Source of the DNA: the human T2T-CHM13v2.0 reference genome, Homo sapiens
Assembly (NCBI RefSeq): GCF_009914755.1
Contig: NC_060929.1
Direction: 5' to 3' (one strand)
Length of the DNA stretch: 64,000 nt
The notes beneath the pieces were generated by a model that did not search any database, was not told where the DNA came from, and worked only from the letters and a program-made list of their open reading frames with translations. Below are positions 12,945-26,100 of the stretch, in pieces. Every line of letters starts with the position of its first letter. Positions within the stretch are counted from its first letter, which is position 1. The translations under genes and the position numbers were made by a program.

Positions 12945-13650
12945 TTTTCAGATTTTTTACTTGTGGTAGAATATACATATTATAAAATATATCATTTTAT
13001 CTATTTTTAGTACCATTCAGTGGCAGTAAAGTATATTTACATAGTTACGCACCCATCACCATTGTCAATCTCTATAATTTTTTGTCATTCCAAATTGAAA
13101 CCCTGTACCCATTAAAAAGTAACTCCTAAGCTCCTGGTAACCACTATTCTACTTTTCTATGAATTAGACTACATTAGATATATTGTATAAGTGAACTCAA
13201 ACGACTTATGTCCTTTTGTGTCTGGCTTATTTCAGTTAGCATAATGTTTTAAAATCCATCCATCTTGCTGCATGTTACAGAATTCCATTTCTTTACAAGG
13301 TTGAGTAATATCTGATTGTATGTATATACTATACCTATTTATCCATCAATAGACATTTGGGTTGTTCCACCTTTTGGCTATTGTGAAACAGAAGGTGTTC
13401 CACCTTTTGGCTATTGTGAATAGGCTGATATAAATGGGGATGTATATCTGCTCAGAACCTTGCTCTTTAGTCTTTTGGGTATATACCTAAAAGTGGAAAT
13501 ACTGAATCATATGGTAATTTCATGTTTAATTTTTTGAAGAACTGCCATAATGTTTTCCATAGTGGCTGTATCATTTTACATTCCCACTAGCAGTGAACAA
13601 GGGTTCTAATTTCTTCATGTCCTCACCAACGCTTGTTTTTGTTTTAAAAT
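12945..13650 (-). mobile_element. L1MB-type 3' fragment containing a 25-bp perfect duplication
   Basis: Old L1 3'UTR/ORF2-end motifs (tcttttgggtatatacctaaaagtggaaatactgaatcatatgg; cattttacattcccactagcag). Confidence 0.8.
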
Positions 13651-15439
13651 AAGAACCAATGTGTATACAGTGGTAAGGGTATTATTTTTAAATTGTTGGT
13701 GGATATGTGTTTTTAGAAGACATAGCATATGTTATATGTGTGATTATACTAAGTTCATATATAAAATTTGGACAGGCATACTTTGTGTTATGTTGAGAGT
13801 GGACCTGCAAGACAACTTTGTGATTTTTCATGTTCATTTAAGATCTTTGTCTAGTTGGTATGGCCCAAATGCAATCAATTATCAATATGTTCTTTCTATA
13901 GGTCACCTGGGAGTCAGAGTCACGAGTTCTGAACCCAAATTTGCCAAGAAGAATATGCACCCTTAGATAAATTTTGTCTTCTGAAGCCTATATTTACAAT
14001 ATGAAGGCACAGGCTACATGTATTTTAGTTACTCTTAAAGATAAGCTCCTTAAAATAGTCTTCAAGCTCTTGCACAATTGGCTTACTTATATCTCCAGCC
14101 ATCACCTCCCAAATACCTTCTTTGTTCACAGCCCGCTGCACAGGTCCTTCTTTAATCCTTGATCATTCTTCGTTCCCTCTTACCACAGGGCATTTGCACC
14201 ACACCTCCTCCCACCTGTGCACTTCCTTTCTTTGGAGTTAGTTTGCCTTTTCTGCTCACCTACTTAATTTCTAGTCATCCTCCAGATTTCAGCCCAAGGT
14301 TTTTTTTTAAAGGAAATAAGGACATTTTAGGGGCAATTTTCCTGCTGCTCTCTTTCGATCCATTTTAATTCTCATTGAATTGTGTCTTAATTTTTAGAAC
14401 ATATCTCTTTTAGAAATATATATTCACTAGTGTACTTCACCAACTAATGCATCTGCTCCTCTAAACTATCCACTTCATGGGGACAAACACTAATGGTTGC
14501 TTTCCATAAAATATCTGTAGCCTCACCCAGGATCCAACACACAGATGGCACTTTTATCAGTTAGAAAACTGGTTCAAGTAACAAAAACCTCTACCCTAAC
14601 TTGCTGAAGCAAAAAAGTAATCTAAAACACACTGGCAGGGCTGAACTTATCCATATCTTAAAACAAGAGACAGATTCAAGGGTCATTTCGTTTGTAAGCC
14701 ATGGACACAGGGTTCTTCTGTATCTTCCTAGTAACAGGTTATGAGGAGGACCCTAGAGGTAACCACTAAAAATTCAGGAATGAGGTTCTAGGGAATGACA
14801 TGTCAGTTCCAGCTTAATTTTATTAGCACTGGTGTGAGTACCATTTGACTTGAGAGCAAAACACGGGCCCAACTGTGCAAATGTACATCACTGGGAAAAA
14901 TCAGAGTTCCACTGTAGGGGATTAATGTGCATTGGCAGAGAAAAGTGAGGCCAATTTGCCCTGCTGAGAGCCTACTTCTTTGCCTTCCTGTGGCTTTGTC
15001 AGGTGCAAGGAGAAAGACATCACCCCTAGCTTTCAGATAAAGGAAAGAAAATCACATGTTCTTTCCTTCATCTCTTGATTTGGGCATTTTTCCACTTATT
15101 TAAGCTAATATTTTTAAAAAGAAGATGACCTTAGAATTGATTCTTTGAGTCTCAGTTAGAAGAGACCTCAAATGGTAACTAGCCTAAGCTCTGAGAAATT
15201 TCATTTACTAATTCATTCATTCAACACAGTCATTGATGTTACAATCTAAGAGTCTCTTCTGCCACAATGTCTTCCAGATTCAAACCAAACTCAAATGAGT
15301 TGCTAATGAATATTAGTTCTAGGGTCCTATTTACTGCCTTTTCCAGTTCTTCAGCTTTGATCTAAATTAATTTATACCCAATAGTAGCTGGGTATAATTC
15401 AAGATGTGAATTAAATTGAAGAAATTAAATTGAAGAAAA

Positions 15440-15709
15440 GGCTCATACCTGTAATCCCAACAACTCAGGAGGCCAAGAAAGAAGAAACACTTGAGCCCAG
15501 TAGTTCAAGACCAGAATGGGCAGCATAGTGAGATACCATCTCTACAAAAATAAAATTTTAAAATTTTAGCCAGGTGTGGTGGTGCATGTCTATAGTCCCA
15601 CCTACTCAGGAGGCTGAGGTGGGAGGATCACTTGAGCTCCAAGAGTTCCAGGCTGCAATGAGCTATGATCACACCACTGTACTCTAGCCTGGGTGACAGA
15701 GTAAGACTA

Positions 15710-15749
<40 letters not shown>
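15440..15749 (+). mobile_element. AluJ, slightly 5'-truncated, with pure A37 tail
   Basis: gctcatacctgtaatccc...ggaggatcacttgagc...ggctgcaatgagctatgatc; A run 15713-15749. Confidence 0.93.
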
Positions 15750-15752
<3 letters not shown>

Positions 15753-18670
15753 AAGAAAGGAATTGTGAGATTTTTATTGTTGTCAATCCAGAATGAATGT
15801 ATCATGTAAGTAATTGTGAATTGTGAATTGGGCTACCATTTGAGATTATTTCCAAAATTAACGTTTTTTTTTCTGCAAGGTCTTTTGTCTACAGGATTCC
15901 TACAAGAATTGTGGGATATTAAGTATTAGAATCTTTAATTCACAAAGGATGCACTAAGAACTCATTAAATGTTGCCAGTTATGATTACAGGTTCAGAGGG
16001 ACGGGGAAAGAATACATCTAGGGGATGAAGGGCAGCTACATCTTAACCAGCTGCTCTTAAGTAGGTAGATAGATTGTACTATGTTTCTGGCATTGTGCTA
16101 AGTGCTTCAAATAATCTTTACATTCAATTGACATGTATTCATGCTAACTCTTTCCCCATTTTACATACAGAGGAGAAGAGGCTCAATGAGCTAAATAATT
16201 TGTTCACAATCACAGAAGTAGTCACTGACAGAAAAGTTTCTACCTTGCTCCAAAGTCTACAATTTTCACAAATGTCATGCAGTCTCACACTTGGATGGAC
16301 AGTTGTTCTTTCAGAACAAATTTCCCTCTGTTCTCATATTAAGGTACCACCACTAGCCCAGATACACTTTGGAGGTTGTGGAGAGACAAACATAGGGTTA
16401 AGAAAGAACTTCCATGCTACTGAAAGATCAGCCAATAAAAAATGGTTTAGGCAAGTACAGATATACAAATATGTTGTATAACATCTTATTTAGAGAAGCA
16501 GATATTGCATTAAGTAGAAAAAAGCAATAAAAGTTTATAGAAGGAAAAGGAAAGCATAGGAATCCTCTACTTTTGGCCATGCGAATACACCTGTATTTCA
16601 CTTCTGGCTGCCTTTAGTCACTCATTCAACAGTTTTAACCAGCAACTATAATACGTTCTAACAAAAATAGAGGGTTGCATACAGAGTCCCACTCACACTT
16701 CATTGAACTGGAACACCCTCTTGAATACATAATTTTTCCAGCCATTCACATTCAATAAAAGACTAAGTGTCAACTACACTTAAGGCACTGGCCTGTCTTT
16801 CTCTACCATTTTATGCTCACTGCTCTTCCTTGCCTTTGTCACCAGTAGCTTTACAGGAACCAAGCCTAGGGAAAACCATGAAATCACTCAGACCTGCATG
16901 CCACTGAGGTGTTTTCTCAGCTATTAAATCACCGTGTGATCCAGAAGGTGGAAGGGGAAAAGCAACAGCACGTGCTCCCAGAAGTTCCATGAAACCTACG
17001 CAGGTAAAGCCCAAAAACTTGTTTACTTTCTTACGTGGGTCGCAGAGTTAAACCAGTAATGAAAGATAAACATTCTTCATCCATCCCAAGACCTGCAAGT
17101 TAATTGGAATGCCGTGTTTATGATTTACCTTAAGTGGCTATGGCAGAATAAGAGTCTAAAAGTCTGTGCTATAGGTGAAGAAGGTCCACAAAGGAAGAGG
17201 CCATGCAGCCTTGTGGAATATGAGCCCCGATGAGAGGAGCAGAAAAGCCTAGGCCAGGTTACCACCTCATTATCTCTGAGGCGAGTCTAAAAGACAGCTG
17301 TCAGATCTTTTTGGGAAATTATATGCAATATACAATAAATTCGTATTTTAAATTGAATTATAAGTCTATAAATATATAAAATATGCATAAGAATAATACT
17401 AAGAGTTAATACTAAAGATACTGCCATGTCACGAACTAGGTTAATTGTTTATATTCACTTTGTTTCACAAGAACCCTGTGAAGCAGGTGCTATTATGCTG
17501 CTCATTTTACAGTCAGGAAATGAGGGCACAGAGGTGGCAACTGCCCAAGGTCACTGCAAAGCCTACTCTATAAACCACTGCATTATGGTGCTTTGCTTGC
17601 CACCAAGGTGCTGCTCTACATCGATTATAGAAATAGGTGAGGGGACTTGAGGGGACGTGTGGGTAGAGAAATGCCGTATTAAAATGATGAACAGAAGCAC
17701 AGCACAAACAAAAGAAAAAGAGTGAGACTGTAAGGTGGCCCTCGGTTACAGAACATCCCCATATGAAAAATACAAGTAAGAGCATTTCCTGTGTCAACTG
17801 GCCATATCACAAGCACGGAGCCTTCCAGTGCCTTGGTTGCCTCATCTGGGAGGAGATGGCTACAGCAGCTCAAAGTTCTTAATGGAGAGAGAACATACAA
17901 ACTACCTAGCTCAATTCCTGGCACAAGCAGGTACCTGGTAAACCAATCAAGCCTGAATCTGAAGAGGTGGTTTTGTGATTCTGTCAAGTACTGGAAGATA
18001 GAGAGGAAAAAAGATGTGCATTGAATGGAAGGTTGCACTAAATAATTCTTTTTTTGCTCTTCCACATCTTGTCACTCTGTACTTGTCCAGAGCATCAAGT
18101 GAATGTACCAGGTAAATTCCATGGATGTGAAATCATAGGTGCTGTTGGAATGGACACTTGTCAATAACTCCTGAATTAGATGATCAGTAGCTTCATTTTG
18201 GAGTTTTGTCTTTTCTACAACAACACACTGCTTGGGGGATATGACAAAGTCCTATGTCCATTCCTAAAAACTGTAGTTCATAATAGTCATGAGTCTTTAT
18301 AGGATATAGATAGATTTGAGAAAAAGCTCACTGGGTTACTGTAATCTAATCCCTTCAGGGTGGGGATGAGCAACTCTCACACCCCATTCCTGCTTTGAGA
18401 CTCCCAATCCTAGTCTATTGGGTTACTGAAGGGTGGTCAGGGACACTTGACATCACCCAGAATAAAACTAGGAACATAATGACAGAGTTCTTCATAAATC
18501 TAAAATATTCCATTTAAATCAGTATCTTTCATTCTGAGCTCATGCATTTCCTATATTTGGGGTGTTAAAATATCCTTCCTCTTATAAATATTATTGTGAT
18601 TGTAAATGGTAGTATGTTTTGTTTTTGTTCCTTAAATATTTAATTGGGTGGAAAATATTTGGCTATTCCA

Positions 18671-19444
18671 TGTTGAGAAAAAGCAGAGACTACTCTTAAG
18701 GGTCTGTGCCCACTCCCCCAACCAAGCATAAGAATAAAAATTTTGAGTTTATTTAAGAGAAATTCCAGTCACTTAGCTTGCTCTGAGGAGTCAATGAACA
18801 ACTTGATAAGCAAGAAGGTAATAGTAGCTTAAAACAATAACCAAGGGAGAGTCATGGAATGTTTGGCTTCCTACAGTAACTAAAGATAACATCTTCACAT
18901 ATGTCCCTGAGTTGTTCTTTAGAAACCCGGACCTCCACCATATGGATTCACTGAGGTCTATGTACCTTAAATAAAAGGAAACTGAGGACCGAATTCTGAC
19001 CACTATTTTTGGTTCTTAAGTTCTTCCTGAGGGACCGGGAGGAAGTCATATCCCCAGGCCAGAATTAACACTCTCCAAACATACTAACCCCAAATTTTTA
19101 AACAAAGCTTCTCCTTCTTAACCAACTGCAAATCAGAAAATCTTTGAATCTACCTATAAGTCCCCACTTCAAGATATCCCACCTATTCCTGCCAAACCAA
19201 TGTACAGCCTTCATGTACTGATTTACTGTTTTGCTTATGACTTCTGCTTCACTGAAATTTACCCTTGCTTTTAAAAACCCTTCCTTGCAAGCCATTGGGA
19301 AGGTTGGGTCGTAAGTGAGAGCTGCTCAATTCTCCTTGCTTGGCGTCATGCAAATAAATACCTTCTTTCCCCCATGGCAAATTTCAGCATGGTTGTTTGG
19401 CTTGACTATGTCAGGTGAGTCGACCCCAGTTCAGTGTGTTAATA
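18671..19444 (+). mobile_element. ERV1-class (MER4-group) solo LTR, subfamily not assigned
   Basis: TG start, MER4-group motifs (aaccaactgcaaatcagaaaatctttgaatctacctataag, similar to 9126-9160), and AATAAA near the 3' end. No clear TSD. Confidence 0.7.
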
Positions 19445-21116
19445 ATATCAGAGATTTCTTTTATCTTTCCTTTTCAAATTTTGCTCCTGAAATTTAAATA
19501 TATGGGAACTAATGACCTAATCTAATACCTTAAATATCATAATGAGTAGAAAATCCCTGGATAAAGCACTAAGTTTCATTCAAACATAAACATTATCAGC
19601 ATTGACCCCTGAAAGTGTTAGTGGCATTACTGTAATATTCTACAGCCCTTAGTAGACATTAAGGTTTGTCAAATAAGTTTATCTAAAAATTTTGACCCTA
19701 TTTCTAACTACATGACTACTTCTTCATGTTGTTCCTTCCTAGTCACTAATCTTCATTTTTCGAAGACTAGAATTAGCCTTGCCTGGAAAGAAGAAAATTA
19801 ATCACTTCTCATAGTTAAGATTTGAAGATAACCGCCAACTAAGACTCCAGATCTGTCCTCCCACTTATATCCCTACATAAGTACATAAAATTAAAAAGGA
19901 GAAAAATATTTACCACACTGATATAGAAATTTTACCACACAAAATCAACTTCGCATAGTTTTCATCCGAGCATCTGGTTGTGGTGTGACTTTAAGCCTGT
20001 CTCTTTTCCCACTCTGAGATTAATAGAAAATGAGGACGTTGAAGGGATGAACCTTAAGGTTCTTCCACCCCATCTCTGAAGTGCCAGGGAATCATGAGCT
20101 CTCACTTATCAAGTATTTACTGACACCTACTTAAGTGGTACTACTTAAAGGCTTACAATGAGCATCTCATTTAATCCCAAGTACCCTAACAGGTGGCTAT
20201 AATTGTAATTGCTGTCTTATATAAGAAACTGAACCTCAGTTTCTTAACAAGTTTGGAGCCTAAAATACTGTTGTAAATCATTTTGCTGCATAAGAAAAAG
20301 AACTCCTGGTAGCCATTTCCATATCTGTAAAATGGGGATAATAGCTACCATAAAACATTTAGCACTGCACCTAGTACAATACTATTATGTAAAATATTGC
20401 TACAAAATAAGCATATGTGTGGATAGAGCCCTTAATCTTGTAACCAATGCACATTAAAGGGAACATAGGAAAAGAGAAGAATTTTATCTCTTCTAGAGCC
20501 CTCTCTGAGTTCTGATAATAGTATCTCTCTTTGATGCTTTTTTCCATTCACTCCACCCAACCACCCAGCTCCATAGCATGTTACAGTGAAAAGAACACTG
20601 ATTAGGAGTCTCCAGCCTTAGATTCCAGAATAGGGTAGTTAAAAGGATGGGCACAGACATCAGGATGGAGTTCAAGTTCCAATTTTATCATCTACTATCT
20701 TTGTAACCTTGAGTAAATTATCAAAACTTTCCAAACCAAGACTTATAGATGAGAATAACAAGACTTTTAAATGATAATCCACATAAGGAGTTTTGCACAG
20801 TAACAAGAATATAGCTAAGGAATTCCCAGGCACTAAGTTTGAATCCCAGCAATTCACATGTAACTTGCTTTCTCTGTGCCAAATTTCCTCACGAGCATCC
20901 TGTTAGTAACAATGAGGTGGGTAAAGTTTATGGTGAAGATTAAATAATACGTGTACAAAAAATGCTTAAAACAATGCTTAGCACTAAAGGTTATTTATTT
21001 TTGATATTAGTGTTATTCCTACTATTAAGAACTTTGTCGAATCAGTTCTTTCTCTCTGAAACTTAGTTTCTCCTTCTAAAACATGAAGGTGTAGGTATTT
21101 TGTTCACCTCTTCTTT

Positions 21117-21398
21117 GAGACCGGGTCTCACTCCATCACTTAGACTAGACAGCAATGGCATGATGTCGGCTCACTGAAACTTCTGCCTCCTGGGTTCAAG
21201 TGATTCCTCTTCCTCAGCCTCCTAAGTAGCTGGGATTACAGGCATGAGCCACCACACCCAGCTAATTTTGGTATTTTTAGTAGAGATAAAGTTTCACCAT
21301 ATTTGCTAGTCTGGTCTCGAACTCCTGACCTCAAGTGATCCACCTACCTCAGCCTCTCAAAGTGCTGGGATTACAGGCGTGAGCCACCACACCCGGTG
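21117..21398 (-). mobile_element. AluS with no poly(A) tail
   Basis: Full dimeric antisense Alu (cctgacctcaagtgatcc). Perfect 15-bp TSD GTTCACCTCTTCTTT at 21102-21116 and 21399-21413. Confidence 0.94.
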
Positions 21399-21424
21399 GT
21401 TCACCTCTTCTTTACCCCATTAAT

Positions 21425-21861
21425 GAGGGAGGGAGTCCTGCCCTAGCATTCTGGGCAGGCAGACACCTGTCATTAGACAGATGAGATCCGCAGCAATTTA
21501 TTAATCACACAGACTCACATCATGGGAGGAGTATACCACACACCATGCAGGGATAAACCAGGATTGTACTCAGGAGCAGAGTGAACCAGCAGGGGCTTTA
21601 TAGTAATGACAAGATAAAGTGCCCCCTGGTTTCTGTGGGAGAATATGATTGGCTTGTCTGAATAAATGTGAAGGCTGAGATGGAGGCTGAGGACTGGGTG
21701 GGATGCAGCTTTTATGGCGGATAAGGGAACTAGCTGGCTGGGGAGTCTTTCCCACCGGCTGCTGGACTTATCTGGAGAGATCAGGGAAACTCATGGTTAG
21801 GTCTGCTGATCCTGTAAGGTTCAAAGATGTAAAGGAAACACACGAAATTTTGGACCTTACA
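21425..21861 (-). mobile_element. Old ERVL-type LTR, subfamily uncertain
   Basis: tttattaatcac poly(A)-signal region on the minus strand and end gaaattttggaccttaca. Recognised by general resemblance only. Confidence 0.5.
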
Positions 21862-22511
21862 ATATAGCATGTCTTGTTTCTAAGTACTCACCTAGCTCCA
21901 GGACCCTAAGATTCCAAGGATTCTTTGGCACCAACACCTCCACTTCCACCTCTCCCACTGCCTGTGCCTTTGCCCTTTAAACTTACAACCCCATCCTCTT
22001 TAAGGTCACCAGCTTGGAGGCACTTTGTGTTTTCAGCCATTTTTGCTTAAGAAAAGCAGAAAGTCCTCTCCTGCTCTCATCCCTGCTTAATTAGGGGGAA
22101 TTCAGAATGATCCTGAAGCATCATTGGGACTGCTGTCAAACCCCAAGGAACCTGCTAGTATATTGAAAGGCCACACTCATTACTTTGCAATAATTGTATG
22201 ATCATCCCACCACTATTCATCCTCCATCCCCCATCCCAGCTTCCTCATTTGCTTCTTAACATTTAGAATAGTTTTTATTTATTTGCTCATTTTTAAGAAA
22301 TTGGTTTCTGGTAAGCCTAGTTAACGTTATGCCCCTGGTGTCTTACTGTTGCCCACCTCAAATTAGGAAGTATGCTATTCCCCAAAGCATACATTGAGGG
22401 GCTATCAGCGAGGTAATGCACCCTTGATATCACCTGGGGGTTTTACATTGCCCAGGGCTGTGTTTGGACAGAGCAAGTCATCTGTTGATTTCTCCCATTA
22501 CTATCTGGCAG

Positions 22512-22808
22512 GTAAGATCCTTAGTCCACGTAAGACTGATGTCCTTATGAGAGATGAGAGACAAACACACAGAGCAGAGACCACCACATGAAGACACAGA
22601 CATGCAGGAGGAAAGACAGCCAGGTGACAACAGAGGCAGAGATTGGAGTTACTCAGCACAAGCCAGGAAATGCCAAGGTTTAACAGAAAACCCAGAATCT
22701 GTAAGAGCAAGCATGATTTTGAACTTTTAGCTTCCAGAGCTTGAGAGTATAAATTTCTGTTGTTAGAAGCCACCCAGTTTGTTACAGAAGCCCTAGGAGA
22801 CAAATACA
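22512..22808 (+). mobile_element. MLT1 (MLT1B/C-like) MaLR LTR fragment
   Basis: gaggcagagattggagtt...gccaagg...aataaatttctgttgtt-like region ending gccctaggagacaaataca. Confidence 0.8.
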
Positions 22809-24041
22809 CGTGTTGATTGTATCTTAAAAGCTCTCAGGTGCTGCTAATGGCAGTTTTTAAAATGGCTGTGAAATCTGCTTCTTGCCTGTTACCTCAGCAT
22901 TCTCGAATGCTTTCTTCTTCTGCCCAGCTTCAGTAGCAACTCCTGATTATCCAGTCCTCAATTGGAGGTCATTTCCCCTAGGAAGCTTTCTCTGACATCT
23001 CAGAGCAGGGTAAAACAGAAGAGTTCTATTTCCTGGCATGTTGCAGGGAACAGGGACTGCAGAAATGCTTGTTTAACCAGGAATGCACATTTGAAAAAGT
23101 GCAGCCCACGTTAAAAAGAAAGAAAACGTTCATCATGTGTCTTTAAAAAAAATTTCCAATTCTGTTCAAACTGTTTTGACAATTATTCTTTCATTTTTAA
23201 ATTTATATTGGGTGCTCATGTGACCTCAGAAGCCCTAGATTTATCAAACCATGCTTGTAATTTCTTATGATTACTTTCTTAATTGCCTATCTTGTGTGTT
23301 TGAGTGCTGGCTCCCTTGGAGAAGGGCCACGTTTGTGTGTTCTCTGGTCTCCCGATACTTGGCACACAGAGGTCCTTAGCTTGAGGACAAGTGAATGAAG
23401 TGGATGAATGAAAAAATAAGAGATGAAGACTCTTGTATAGCCACTGTTAGGGTTACAGTGATTCCAATGGAAACATCAAAAGAAGAGAATTACTAGAAAA
23501 GTGAAAGTTGATAATGCTAGAAATGACTTCACAAAACCAACATCTTAGGTAGGGTCCGTATTTTAGACCCACGGATGACTAAACTCATAGGGAAACCCAC
23601 AGGCAAAGGCTCTGCTCCTTCCCCTCAAAACAATAGTCCCCTCAGTTCTGGGCCTGACCTTGATTCTAATAACCTTACTTAGCCTGCAGTAGTACCCTGA
23701 GGTGAGGCTTTTTTTTTTTTTTTAAGGTCACTAGCTGACAATTTATGCTTACAAAATTTAAGTTTTGGGTCCTCTGTCTCTATTAACATAGCTGAAGACT
23801 GGCTTTGAGATAGGGAGAAAAGCAAAAGTAGAAACAGTGGCCTGTTTTCAGGGTGAGTTTCTAAAACAGAAGTTGCTAAATGAGGTGGAGACAAACACAC
23901 TGGATCTGGAATGATGCCTCCAGGCATGCCTCTGACACTCCTTTGAGCTACTCTTTCCCAAACTTCAATTTTTAAAAGTCAACTGTTGAATTTTAAAAAG
24001 CCAAACCAGGAAAGGACAGTTAATCGTCCTACCATCATTAG

Positions 24042-24771
24042 TGTAACCACCCAATGGGTCTTTCTTGCCTGATGCCCAGATAGAGCTGATTTATCAAGGT
24101 AGTGAAATTCCAAGAGAGAAGAAGTTTTACATAGAACTGGCTAAATGAGGACCAGAGTTTTATTATTACTAAAATCAGCCTCCTAGAAAATTTAGGTGCT
24201 AGGGCCTTTCAAGGATAGTTTGGGGGAAGCGGTAGGAGTGCTAGGCAATGGGTGATTGCTGTTCATTGGTTGGGGGTGCAATCATAGGAGTGTGGGAAGT
24301 GGTCCTCATACACACTGAGTAGCTTCTGGGTGGGGCCAAAGAGCAGTTGGTGTGTTCAGGTGGAGCCATCAGTAGACATGCAAAAAACCTGAAAAAGTAT
24401 CTCAAAAGGCCAATCTTAGGTTCCACAATAGTGATATCATCTGCAGGAGCAATTGGGTAAATTGCATGTCATATCTTGTGACCTCTGGAATAATGGCTGG
24501 CAATCATTTATGTCTACACCTTAGCAGAATTCAGGCTCCTCTATCCACCTAGCCTAGTGGTCTCTCTGCTTTACAAAGGCAGTTGAGTTTTGGGAAAGGG
24601 CTATCGTCATTTAAACTATAAACAAAATGTCTCCCCAAGTTAGCTTGGTACAAGCCCAGGAAAACTGAAGGGCAGCTTAAAGGCCAAAGGCAAGACAGGG
24701 GTTGGCCAAGATCAGATCTTCTTCACTGCCATCATTTTCTCATTGATATAATTTTTGCAAAGGCAGTTGCA
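24042..24771 (-). mobile_element. LTR8/LTR8A ERV1 solo LTR
   Basis: Minus strand starts tgcaactgcctttgcaaaaattat (LTR8-like). 4-bp TSD TTAG at 24038-24041 and 24772-24775. Confidence 0.88.
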
Positions 24772-25137
24772 TTAGGGTTTATATGTGGAACACGTTTTTG
24801 AATATTGGTAAGAAGTGTAGCCCTCAAAGCAGGCAGTTATTTAAGAATCTGCCCCCTCCTGCTAGCCTTGAAGTACCTTCTAGAAAAGGATATAGCTGGG
24901 GGTAAAGTTTTTCTAAAGCTGTGCTTTGTCTCCCTTAAGTGTGATGAGATAGATGGAAAGGGTAAATATAATAACATTTCATAGTTCTTGTAACTGATAC
25001 AAAAAGACCTTCCAGTAAGGTTCATCACTGTGACCTGGAGCAGCAGGGCAGGACAGAGAGCACAAGCTGGGGAAGATGTGCCTATTTATACAGGAAGATC
25101 CCACTAGTGCAGACCAGTCAAGTACTACATTCAGAAA

Positions 25138-25290
25138 GTAGTGTTTCTGAAAGTTGGATGTGCATAACAATTGAAAATCTTGTTAAAATGCAGATTTGAA
25201 TTTAGTAAGTGTGGGGTAGGGACCCAGATTCTATATTTCTAACAAGTTTCCATGTACTGGTCTGTAAATGATGATACTTTGAATAACAGG
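25138..25290. mobile_element. MER5A-like hAT MITE
   Basis: cttgttaaaatgcagatt...gggacccagattctatatttctaacaag. Confidence 0.65.
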
Positions 25291-25399
25291 GAACTATATG
25301 GCAAGTTCTCACGTGCAAGAGTTTTCATGGTAAGATTATTTTAAATACAAATGTACTTTATGCACACATTTTTAGCTAAAACAATGCACATTTTTACTT

Positions 25400-26100
25400 T
25401 TTATCTGTTCAGAAATGCACCTTTTCCTACCTTTTAACATTTCTGAAATCAGAATGCACTTTGCAGCCCATAGTGCTTTGTAATCTCTGTCACCCAAGTC
25501 AGGCTTGAGCTGTACTCATGTTATCATTTCTGGGCATTTGGAAACATCAACAACTGAAGCATCAAAACTTCAGAATGGGTGTCAGTAACTTAGAAGAAAA
25601 TCCTGAAGGCAGGAAAGAAACACTCTGAACCAGAAGGAGACAAATGGTTGTGGGAGGGAGTGGGGCAGCAGTGAATCAGTTGTTTCCCAACATTCCTGAA
25701 GCTGCCCTTGCAAGTAGGCTTGCTCTACATAATCAAAAAAGAGCCTAGCACCTGTGGGTTTTGTTCCTGTGCAGATTCTTTTAAAAAATGCTCTGTCTTC
25801 ATTACTTTTGGTAGCAGAAAGAATGATCTCCTGTGCTAATAATTGGCATTGATGACTGAGTTAAAAGAGTTGGATTCTGAGTGTGAAGTTTTAGGAATAA
25901 CTTTCTTTGTTCATGTTTGGGTTTTGTATATGTACAAGAGTAATGTGAGAAAAATGTCTCTAGGAAAATCTAAAGTATATATGTTCTCAATAATAGAACA
26001 ATATGTCACCATTTAATCAGCAACATTTTTTTCTCGTAGTGTATATAAAGTGATAAGACATTTTACAATCCATGGCATCTTAGATACGATTAAAGGTAGT
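25400..26100. mobile_element. TcMar-Tc2 (Kanga-like) DNA transposon fossil
   Basis: ttttaacatttctgaaatcagaatgcactt near the left end; ttacaatccatggcatcttagat at the right end. Confidence 0.55.

Noticed and set aside
15409-15437. Tandem AATTAAATTGAAGA x2 before the AluJ
   Set aside because: Simple short slippage duplication in AT-rich DNA.
16074-18065. ORFs of 128-135 aa
   Set aside because: Overlap MIR relics, have non-ATG starts and show no coding signature.
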